The translations under genes and the position numbers were made by a program. A stretch of DNA of 64,000 nt from the IMG/VR virus record IMGVR_UViG_3300027672_001796. The stretch is one strand, 5' to 3'. The stretch comes from a virus (Duplodnaviria > Caudoviricetes). The notes beneath the pieces are model-generated. The model searched no databases and was not told the DNA's origin. It saw only the letters and a program-made list of their open reading frames with translations. Shown here piece after piece: positions 56,729 to 64,000 of the stretch; the stretch's first letter is position 1; every line of letters begins with the position of its first letter.

Positions 56729-57555
56729 AGACAAACGTAATAAAGAAATTTACACTACAAGTCTTCGCTATAGTAAGTGTAATAATAGGAAGTCAGGCTC
56801 TAGGTGCAACGGATAACGAAGTACTACTAGACCAAGAAGGTGACAACTTAATATTAACAATATTACAAGCTGGTAACAGTAACAGAGTTTCTGGAGTGGC
56901 CTCAGGGTCAGGAGATTTAGTTGTAACTGGTAACAGTTTGATAATTGATATCATACAAGACGGTAACACAAATAAGTTTTTTGGAGACTTAATATTTGAT
57001 GGATCCGGAAGTTCAGTAATGGACTTTTATCAATTAGGTGATAGTAACGTCTGGGATTTACAGATCGGTGCTAACTCTAATAGTGCAGATAATACAGACA
57101 TGCTAGTAGACATTCAGGGCGACGGCAACACATTTGATGTTGGCATAGCTCACAGTGCCGCGGCGGAAAGCACTAACTTTGATTTAGATATACTTGGTTC
57201 TAGGAACAATTTTACTGCAAGTTTCAACAATACTACAGCTTGGGCATCAGCATCAGGCAATAACGCTGTTGGCGGAATTAAAAGTACTGGAACTGGCACA
57301 TCTGCTTTAGCAGGTATTACAATTGATACTAGTAACGTTGTATGGAATATGGAAATTATAGGAGACGACAACAAATTTGCTACTAAACAAAGTGGTAACG
57401 GTGGTCATTCCTTAACAGTAGTCTTAGACGGCAGTGATGGTGATTTTCAATTCATACAGGACATGACAGCAACATGTAGTCCAACGTGTGAAGGTATAAT
57501 TAACATAAATCTAAATAGCGAAAATGCATCAGTTCTTATTAAACAGACTGATTAA
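56725..57555 (+). CDS. Curlin-repeat (CsgA/CsgB-like) secreted protein 1
   Basis: Signal peptide and repeated Q-x-G-x-x-N units (QEGDN, QAGNSN, QDGNTN, QLGDSN, QGDGN) with alternating hydrophobic strands. ATGA overlap with csgG. Confidence 0.7.
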   Translation: MKTNVIKKFTLQVFAIVSVIIGSQALGATDNEVLLDQEGDNLILTILQAGNSNRVSGVASGSGDLVVTGNSLIIDIIQDGNTNKFFGDLIFDGSGSSVMDFYQLGDSNVWDLQIGANSNSADNTDMLVDIQGDGNTFDVGIAHSAAAESTNFDLDILGSRNNFTASFNNTTAWASASGNNAVGGIKSTGTGTSALAGITIDTSNVVWNMEIIGDDNKFATKQSGNGGHSLTVVLDGSDGDFQFIQDMTATCSPTCEGIININLNSENASVLIKQTD

Positions 57556-58696
57556 CATAACAGCAGTATTAGTACTGTTGCTTACACCAAATCTGAGTGC
57601 CGCTGAGAGCATCGGCGGCATTATTGAACAAAGTGGAGCAACTGGAAGTATTGTAAGGTTGTCAGGCGAAGAACTGGCGGCTAATATTTTAGCCAATATT
57701 GTAAGTTATGATGAAGTAGAAACAACAAATGGGAGACTAAAAATTGAGTTTCTCGACAAAACCCAGGTTAGTCTAACAGAACACACTTACATGGAAATAG
57801 ACGAATATGTATTCGACCCAGATCCAAGTAAAAGCAAGATGGCATTAAATTTTGTACAAGGAACAGCTAGGTTTGCCACGGGCAGTTTAGGTCTCGTAGC
57901 AAAAGAAAATATAACAATCCTGACCCCTACCGCAAGTATAGGGATTAGAGGAACCGATTTTACTACCACAGTCGATGAACTGGGTAGGAGTCTAGTGATA
58001 TTATTACCGGACGAAGACTGTACTAATACAGTAGCATTAGAAGAAGGGTGTGCTCCAAGTGGTAGCATAACGGTAACAAATCAAGGCGGCACAGTAATAT
58101 TAGATGAAGCCTACCAGGCAGTAATGGTAAGCACATTTGAAACAAGCCCTACACAGCCTGTTGTGTTGGTTGATTTAGATTTAAATATGATAGATAATAT
58201 GTTTATTGTAGCAGAACCAAAACAGATTACAGAAGCAAAAGAAGAACAAGTACAAGAATTAAAAGGCGACAACGGATTATTAGACTTTGATGGCTTAGAT
58301 GCAAATGCAATTGAGCAAGATGTTTTAGCAGATACAACAGAAGATTTAGACTACACGGAATTGGATATAGATTTATTAAATGTAGACTTCCTAGTAGACT
58401 TATTAGACATTGTAGAAAAAACTACTAGTGGATTAGATGAAAAAGGCGGAGACTCAGGCAGTGGCGATAATAAATTAATAGGTGCTGTATACGGAACCAA
58501 TCCTGGAAATCAATTTAATATTATTCCAGACTTAGATGGCAAAGTATTTTTTCTCAGGCAAGTAAGCAATAAAATTAGTATTAAATTACGAAAAGGTTCT
58601 GTCGCACAGCTAGATATAAAAGACGGAGATTTAGGAGACACTATTATATGTTTAAGTAGTTGTGAAAACATATTAATAAGTATAACACAAGAATGA
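57524..58696 (+). CDS. Secreted/periplasmic FecR-domain protein
   Basis: Signal peptide, then DEVETTNGRLKIEFLDKTQVSL...FVQGTARFATG...TPTASIGIRGTDF. Acidic C-terminal half. Confidence 0.8.
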   Translation: MHQFLLNRLINITAVLVLLLTPNLSAAESIGGIIEQSGATGSIVRLSGEELAANILANIVSYDEVETTNGRLKIEFLDKTQVSLTEHTYMEIDEYVFDPDPSKSKMALNFVQGTARFATGSLGLVAKENITILTPTASIGIRGTDFTTTVDELGRSLVILLPDEDCTNTVALEEGCAPSGSITVTNQGGTVILDEAYQAVMVSTFETSPTQPVVLVDLDLNMIDNMFIVAEPKQITEAKEEQVQELKGDNGLLDFDGLDANAIEQDVLADTTEDLDYTELDIDLLNVDFLVDLLDIVEKTTSGLDEKGGDSGSGDNKLIGAVYGTNPGNQFNIIPDLDGKVFFLRQVSNKISIKLRKGSVAQLDIKDGDLGDTIICLSSCENILISITQE

Positions 58697-59634
58697 ATAT
58701 AGAAAAAAAATTAAATGACATGAAGCCAAAAGATACTCCTCTGTTAGTATTAGGATATATCTTATTGGGTATGATGCTATTATTACCAGCAACAGCAAAA
58801 GCAGACAATGAAGTGGTGCTAGATCAGGAAGGTGATAATGTGGTTGTAGATATAATGCAAGCCGGCGCTATTAATAAAATAGATATAGTACTAGGATTGA
58901 ATAATAATACTAACAATACACTTAAAATAGGCCAAGGACACTCCGAGGGCGCCGAAAGTAACAACGTGTTTTTTAGTGTTGATGGCACCCACAACACTAT
59001 GCAAATAGAACAGCATGGCAGTAATAACGAAGTTGGCTGGACTAATGCCTGGGGCACTGGTATTGGGTTTGGCGGCGACTTAGACGGAAATAGTAATCAG
59101 ATATACTTCCATCAAAATTGTACTCGTGGCGCAAGTTGTGGCAAATCAGATATAGGATTTCATATCAAAGGAAATTCTAATACAGTTCGATATGGTCAAG
59201 GAGTTTGGTTTGGTTCTGGCGGCAGTATATCGAGTACCACATTTTACGATGATGGCGACGAGGGCGGAAACCATACAGCAACGTTAGACATTCACGGTAA
59301 CAATAATACTCTTGTTGGAATGCAAAGAAACGGTAGTCTTGATACTTATGATGGTCATACTGCAAATTTATACTTGTATGCAGATGACAACACACTTTAT
59401 GTCAATCAACAAACAGATGGAGCAAAGACATTAAATTATTCCTCTTACGTTGATGGTACCGTTGGTAGTATAACTCAACACAGTAATGGTGCTCACACAG
59501 CCACAATAGTGTTGAACGGAACACAACCTAGTAATCTGACGCTATTACAAAGCTCGAATTCAGCAAAGTCATACTCACTTACTCAGACGTGCCACACAGT
59601 TGGCGGCTGTTCTATAAGTGTAACCCAAGACTAA
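58693..59634 (+). CDS. Curlin-repeat (CsgA/CsgB-like) secreted protein 2
   Basis: Signal peptide, mature N-terminus DNEVVLDQEGDN almost identical to that of protein 1, QAGAIN and QHGSNN units, N/G/S/Q-rich, C-terminal Cys pair. Confidence 0.7.
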   Translation: MNIEKKLNDMKPKDTPLLVLGYILLGMMLLLPATAKADNEVVLDQEGDNVVVDIMQAGAINKIDIVLGLNNNTNNTLKIGQGHSEGAESNNVFFSVDGTHNTMQIEQHGSNNEVGWTNAWGTGIGFGGDLDGNSNQIYFHQNCTRGASCGKSDIGFHIKGNSNTVRYGQGVWFGSGGSISSTTFYDDGDEGGNHTATLDIHGNNNTLVGMQRNGSLDTYDGHTANLYLYADDNTLYVNQQTDGAKTLNYSSYVDGTVGSITQHSNGAHTATIVLNGTQPSNLTLLQSSNSAKSYSLTQTCHTVGGCSISVTQD

Positions 59635-59640
59635 TAAAGG

Positions 59641-59669
59641 TTGACAAGTCGTTAAATAATTGCTATAAT
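59641..59669 (+). promoter_or_regulatory. Sigma70 consensus early promoter
   Basis: TTGACA-N17-TATAAT. Confidence 0.85.
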
Positions 59670-59676
59670 TAACGCT

Positions 59677-59877
59677 ATGAGACACATGATCAAGTGGTTG
59701 AAGATATCAGCTGGTATAAACATATACCTTAGCTTCATACTAACATTAGTATTAGTAGCACTTATGGTGGATATCGGTTTAGATAGTTATTGGCATGGCG
59801 CAGACTTCAAAAACAGTATTATAGAAGAACTGCACAAAGCACAGAATAATCAACTAGATGAAAACCACACAGGCTAA
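59677..59877 (+). CDS. Small membrane protein
   Basis: Hydrophobic segment IYLSFILTLVLVALMVDI. Follows the early promoter. Confidence 0.65.
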   Translation: MRHMIKWLKISAGINIYLSFILTLVLVALMVDIGLDSYWHGADFKNSIIEELHKAQNNQLDENHTG

Positions 59878-60196
59878 ACTCGCCACTGCGATTTCTAAAT
59901 ATAAGAAATCTACACAGTTATTACTCACGATTGTAGCAATTCCACATTTAGTTATAATCTCTTTGATGTTCCCTATGCTAACAGTAACCATTATGGCAAC
60001 ATTTATGCTGACTGGATTAATGTATGCTTGGTGTGAACTGATATACCAAATAGAAAATTCCCAAAGAAGTCAATTAATGTTCCTCATACAAACAACCACA
60101 AACGAACACACTAGACAAATACTGCGTATGGAACTTTGGGAAATTGAAAAACACAACGGACTTTCAGGCACGTTTGACCCATACCACATCATTTAA
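59858..60196 (+). CDS. Membrane protein (1-2 TM)
   Basis: Long hydrophobic stretch LLLTIVAIPHLVIISLMFPMLTVTIMATFMLTGLMYAW. Confidence 0.6.
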   Translation: MKTTQAKLATAISKYKKSTQLLLTIVAIPHLVIISLMFPMLTVTIMATFMLTGLMYAWCELIYQIENSQRSQLMFLIQTTTNEHTRQILRMELWEIEKHNGLSGTFDPYHII

Positions 60197-60199
60197 TTA

Positions 60200-60207
60200 G
60201 ATAAATA
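60200..60207 (+). promoter_or_regulatory. Late promoter GATAAATA
   Basis: Upstream of the 60259 lipoprotein (SD AAGGAG). Confidence 0.65.
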
Positions 60208-60258
60208 CTATATGTAATAATAGCAGATGGCTTTATTACCTTATATAAGGAGACGGAT

Positions 60259-60537
60259 ATGAATAATTTAGTATCTTTTTTCGGTTTAATTCTTTTATCA
60301 AGCATCGTAGGATGTGCCTCAGTTAGTGGCGCCTGGAATGCTGGTACAGAGATTGTCACAGGAACAGTTGACTCTGTTGTGGGCGGAGCCGCCACAATGG
60401 CAGTAGCGATTACTGATGATGTTCGAAACATTGCAGACGTAACTATTGACACAGCACAAGGTGTTGTTAAAACAGTTGCAGAAAATGTTGATAAACAAAC
60501 TGATGAATTACAAAAAGACAAAGAGCCGGGAAAGTAG
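60259..60537 (+). CDS. Lipoprotein (92 aa), amphipathic helical
   Basis: Lipobox IVGC and strong SD. The gene ends on G GGA AAG TAG. Confidence 0.8.
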   Translation: MNNLVSFFGLILLSSIVGCASVSGAWNAGTEIVTGTVDSVVGGAATMAVAITDDVRNIADVTIDTAQGVVKTVAENVDKQTDELQKDKEPGK

Positions 60538-60662
60538 GTAACTTTTCTCTTTTCAGAAAAGAAAAGGAAAAGCAACTCACAGCACAGGAATTAGTCTTAC
60601 TTTTCAAACAGAACCAAGAGAAGTTAGAAAAATACTGTACAACTAACCCAAAGGAATGTTAG
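60528..60662 (+). CDS. Start-less -1-frame extension of the lipoprotein (predicted frameshift, about 134-aa product)
   Basis: Slippery GGGAAAG at 60528-60534, 7-nt spacer, stem CTTTTCT/AGAAAAG. The -1 frame is open for 44 codons (GKVGNFSLFRKEKEKQLTAQELVLLFKQNQEKLEKYCTTNPKEC) with no ATG/GTG/TTG. Confidence 0.55.
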   Translation, partial: GKVGNFSLFRKEKEKQLTAQELVLLFKQNQEKLEKYCTTNPKEC

Positions 60663-60707
60663 CAATAATCGATAGATAGACGATTAGATGCGATAAATGT
60701 TAGCACT

Positions 60708-60732
60708 AAAGCACTCGCAAGAGTGCTTTTTT
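60708..60732 (+). terminator. Rho-independent terminator
   Basis: AAAGCACTC-GCAA-GAGTGCTTT followed by a T run. Confidence 0.9.
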
Positions 60733-60743
60733 GTTTTTTAAAC

Positions 60744-60751
60744 GATAAATA
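60744..60751 (+). promoter_or_regulatory. Late promoter GATAAATA
   Basis: Directly after the terminator and upstream of the Asn/Thr-rich gene. Confidence 0.7.
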
Positions 60752-60840
60752 CTTGTACATAATAACACAGGGTTTACTTATTACACAACACACCCACACA
60801 TAACTGTCCCACTAAAACACAGTACCCTAAAGGAGAAAAA

Positions 60841-62292
60841 ATGAAGATAAGAATCTTATCAGCATTAGCCTTGATTGGGTTAATGACGACAACTGGTACA
60901 GTACAGGCCCAGGCCACCGGCACATGTACAGCAGGTACCCAGTATTGTGAAGCAAGTACATCGGATACTACAAGTACAACCACAACTACTGCGAATAATA
61001 CGAATACTTCGACGAACACGAATACTTCGACGAACACGAATACCAACGCGAATACGAACACGAATACCAACGCGAACACAAACACGAATACTTCGACGAA
61101 TACGAATAATTCGACGAATACGAATAATTCGACAAATACAAACACCAACGCGAATACGAACACGAACACCAACGCGAATACGAACACCAACACGAACACC
61201 AACGCGAATACGAACACGAACACGAATACCAATACCAACAATAATACCAACAATAATACCAACGCGAATACGAACACGAATAATTCGACCAATACTAACA
61301 ATTCGACCAACAGCAACACCAATAATAATACGTCGACAAATAATAACACCAACGCGAACACGAACACGAATAATAATACATCGACTAGTACCAACAACAA
61401 TGTGTCGAGTGGTGGAACAAATAACACCAATGCTAATACGAATAATAATACCAACACCAACAATAGCACTTCGAACAATACCAACACCAATAATAACACT
61501 AGTGATAGCACGGTAAACAGTACTTCGAATAACACTAATACGAACAATAGTAATATTGATCAGAACGTGAATTCAAATAGTACTAGTAACAATACCAACA
61601 CCAATAATAACAATAACAACTCGACCAGTGATAATACTAATAACAATAATAATACATCGACTAGTGACAGTAATGTAACAACTGACAACACGTCAGAAAG
61701 TAACAATACCAACACCAATAATAATACTAATAAAAACGAAAACATCAACAAGACTGACCAGACTATTAAGCAAGAGATAACAACTAAGGCTCCACCTGCT
61801 AGTGCTATTGCACCAAGCATTGGTTCTAGTTACTCACAAGACTTATGTACAACTGGTATATCAGGTGCTTTCCAAGGACAAGTATTTGGACTAAGTGGCG
61901 GTAAATCAGTTAGAGATATGAACTGTGAACGTATAAAGTTAAGTAAAACTATATACGATATGGGCATGAAGGTTGCGGCAGTTAGTTTAATGTGTCAAGA
62001 CGAACGTGTATTTACAGCGATGGAAATGGCTGGAACACCTTGTCCTTACATGGGAGCAATTGGCGATGCGGCTACTAAGCAATGGGCAGAGAATAGCGAT
62101 GAACGAGCAGATGCTAAACGTGGATGGTTCGGCAGAAAGAAAAACACAAGGTCATCGGCTAAAGTAGACTCGAATGTACTTAACACAGGCGAAGACTTTG
62201 ATAAGTTCATGAAAAAATGTCGTAAGAAAACAGGCAAAGGCAAGAAGAAAAGTTCGGGCCAATGTGAGGCAGAATGGGAATCAAACGCTTAA
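60841..62292 (+). CDS. Secreted protein with a long Asn/Thr low-complexity repeat and a Cys-containing C-terminal domain
   Basis: SD AAGGAG, signal peptide MKIRILSALALIGLMTTTGTVQA, about 250 aa of TNTNANTNTN/NSTNTN repeats, then APPASAIAPS...DLCTTG...NCERIKLSK...LMCQD...TPCP. Confidence 0.85.
   Translation: MKIRILSALALIGLMTTTGTVQAQATGTCTAGTQYCEASTSDTTSTTTTTANNTNTSTNTNTSTNTNTNANTNTNTNANTNTNTSTNTNNSTNTNNSTNTNTNANTNTNTNANTNTNTNTNANTNTNTNTNTNNNTNNNTNANTNTNNSTNTNNSTNSNTNNNTSTNNNTNANTNTNNNTSTSTNNNVSSGGTNNTNANTNNNTNTNNSTSNNTNTNNNTSDSTVNSTSNNTNTNNSNIDQNVNSNSTSNNTNTNNNNNNSTSDNTNNNNNTSTSDSNVTTDNTSESNNTNTNNNTNKNENINKTDQTIKQEITTKAPPASAIAPSIGSSYSQDLCTTGISGAFQGQVFGLSGGKSVRDMNCERIKLSKTIYDMGMKVAAVSLMCQDERVFTAMEMAGTPCPYMGAIGDAATKQWAENSDERADAKRGWFGRKKNTRSSAKVDSNVLNTGEDFDKFMKKCRKKTGKGKKKSSGQCEAEWESNA
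60985..61745 (+). repeat. Coding low-complexity repeat (AAC/AAT/ACG/ACC codons)
   Basis: Recurring ACCAACGCGAATACGAACACG and AATAATTCGAC units. Boundaries are approximate. Confidence 0.85.
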
Positions 62293-64000
62293 TAACAGCA
62301 CTTGCTGTAGGCGTACTAACTTTATTTCCTACAGTATCTGAAGCCGACGGAGGATACACGACTGATAATACTGGCTATCCTTTAGTAAATCTTGTTGGCG
62401 ACTATTATCAGGGTGGCAACAGCAACGGTTCAATACTATGTCAAGGCGCCGCAGATGAAACAGGTTGTAATATAGCATTTGCTATTGGCTTTGATTTTGA
62501 CTGGCATGGCGAAACATTCACTCACGGCTTAATGAGTACTAATGGTTGTTTAAAACTGTTGAAGTCAAGTGCGTTTAGCAGTAGTGATTACTGTAGTTAT
62601 GATGTAAAGCATCTAAGTGCCTCTTCAGGAATGAACGATACACTATTCCCTTTCTGGAGTGACTTAGACTTAGGCACAATATACGATACCCAAGCACCGG
62701 TTAATAGCACAATGCTCTTTAATAACTCGGGCAACTTTGCTACATTTGGCTGGTACTATATGCGTGAGTATGGCGTAACAGCAGATACGGATAAATTTGA
62801 TCCAATGTATCCAAACGCACATAATACGTTTGAGGTGGTGCTTTTAAATCAAAACTGTACAGATTGCCCAGGCAACACAGATGACGAAAACGATGACTAT
62901 GCTTACATATACGGTAACTTAGAAATTAGTCACAGTAATGTTTTAATTGGAGAAAAGAAAAACTCGAACTCCTTTACTGAAGCATACTTTTTTAGTGATA
63001 ATAGTTGGTGTGCAGATTGTATAAACCCAAATGACGGCACTCAAGGACGACACCTTTTTATATGGGACGACTATGACCAAGGAAACGTAGAAGGCGGAGC
63101 AATATACAAAGACGGTAATGGCGTACAGCCTGCAGAGTGTGAGAATAATCCTCTTTTTAGCACATCATGTAGTTTATATAGTATAAGTTTCTTAGCACAA
63201 CAATGCCTCTCCGATAGTTCATATAGTCCAGACTGTGACGGATACTTTGGTGACTTAGAAGACACATATTTAGAAGAAAATGCATGTTACGAAGATCCGA
63301 GCTTACCACAATGTGCCGGATTAGGTATTTTTGAAACTTTCAGTGATTATGATTATGCTACAGGAGAAGCGTATGACTTTAATTATAACCCACAAGAATT
63401 TGGCAACATGGACGGCTATGATCCTAACACAGGATTAGTTACGCAAAGTGATGGTTCGACAATTAGTATAGATGGCTCTTATTATTCCGATGGATATGAT
63501 CCTAATGTGGATTATGATAGCATGAATAATACGTCCGGCGATAACTTTTATTTGAATGAAGATGGCATATATGTTCCTGACCAATACGACCCAATGCAAG
63601 ATGACGATATAAAGTTTGAATATTTAAGTGAAGAACAACAGATGTTAGTTGGTCAAGGTTTAAGTATGCAGGAAGCCACACTAATTACAATGGGCCAAGG
63701 TGACCTACTAGCATTAGGACATGATCCTAACATACAATTTCAAGGTAACAACCCAGGCGACTTAGTTTATGAAATTATAGGACAAGACGATTACAACTAT
63801 GAAATGCATGACGAGTTTATGTTGAATGAAGCAGAAGAAAACGGCTGGGTAGATGGATATACAAGCAGTGATATATGGAGTACAGAAGAATACCAGCAAC
63901 AAGAAGATATGTGGGAAGCAGAGTTTGAAGCAGAGTTTGGACCAGACGCATACAGCTGGACATCAAAAGATTGGTATGAATACGATCTAAAAGAATTTGG
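62274..64000 (+). CDS. Secreted protein with a nidogen(NIDO)-like N-terminal domain and an acidic tail, truncated by the right edge (at least 575 aa)
   Basis: ATG at 62274 after GAGG SD, signal peptide MGIKRLITALAVGVLTLFPTVSEA, then IGFDFDWHGETF...MSTNGCL...LFPFWSDL. The frame is still open at the right edge (...DWYEYDLKEF). Confidence 0.7.
   Translation, partial: MGIKRLITALAVGVLTLFPTVSEADGGYTTDNTGYPLVNLVGDYYQGGNSNGSILCQGAADETGCNIAFAIGFDFDWHGETFTHGLMSTNGCLKLLKSSAFSSSDYCSYDVKHLSASSGMNDTLFPFWSDLDLGTIYDTQAPVNSTMLFNNSGNFATFGWYYMREYGVTADTDKFDPMYPNAHNTFEVVLLNQNCTDCPGNTDDENDDYAYIYGNLEISHSNVLIGEKKNSNSFTEAYFFSDNSWCADCINPNDGTQGRHLFIWDDYDQGNVEGGAIYKDGNGVQPAECENNPLFSTSCSLYSISFLAQQCLSDSSYSPDCDGYFGDLEDTYLEENACYEDPSLPQCAGLGIFETFSDYDYATGEAYDFNYNPQEFGNMDGYDPNTGLVTQSDGSTISIDGSYYSDGYDPNVDYDSMNNTSGDNFYLNEDGIYVPDQYDPMQDDDIKFEYLSEEQQMLVGQGLSMQEATLITMGQGDLLALGHDPNIQFQGNNPGDLVYEIIGQDDYNYEMHDEFMLNEAEENGWVDGYTSSDIWSTEEYQQQEDMWEAEFEAEFGPDAYSWTSKDWYEYDLKEF

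Noticed and set aside
60774-61547. 257-aa minus-strand Val/Phe/Leu ORF and 189-aa plus-strand Arg/Ile/Thr ORF (60947-61516)
   Set aside because: These are shadow frames of the Asn/Thr codon repeat. Only the 60841 frame has an SD, a signal peptide and a folded C-terminal domain.
1-64000. Stop-codon reassignment or tRNA genes, as seen in some jumbo phages
   Set aside because: Conserved genes are full length under the standard code and end in TAA, TAG or TGA. No tRNA cloverleaf with T-loop GTTCGA and CCA context was recognised by eye. A tRNAscan run would confirm this.

Overview
This window is part of a large, AT-rich, T4-related (Tevenviridae-like or jumbo) myovirus genome. It is probably aquatic and infects a Gram-negative host; both points are inferred from the exported lipoproteins and outer-membrane proteins it encodes. 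The standard genetic code is used. From left to right: (1) a minus-strand baseplate cluster (a protein of at least 4149 aa running off the left edge, then gp6-, gp25-, gp5-, hub-, gp53- and gp54/48-like genes) with a small sigma70-driven island inserted in it; (2) the late sigma factor gp55, gp47/gp46 and an EndoII-like GIY-YIG nuclease, followed by about 660 nt of non-coding DNA with repeats and predicted extensive RNA structure; (3) an accessory island with a heme-c/PHM-type copper monooxygenase, a cupin oxygenase, a SWIM protein and an FG-GAP outer-membrane lipoprotein; (4) a gp26-like chaperone with a predicted -1 frameshift, tape measure, portal, scaffolds, protease, major capsid protein and two long fibres; (5) an envelope/extracellular module with two small membrane proteins, csgF, csgG, two curlin-repeat proteins and FecR, then a lipoprotein with a second predicted -1 frameshift, an Asn/Thr-repeat secreted protein and a NIDO-like secreted protein running off the right edge. 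A late-promoter motif (G/T)ATAAATA recurs before most late units. The strongest leads are the phage curli (type VIII secretion) module with its own curlin subunits, the two frameshifts, the candidate structured RNA next to the GIY-YIG gene and the copper monooxygenase. All family calls come from motif recognition, not database searches.
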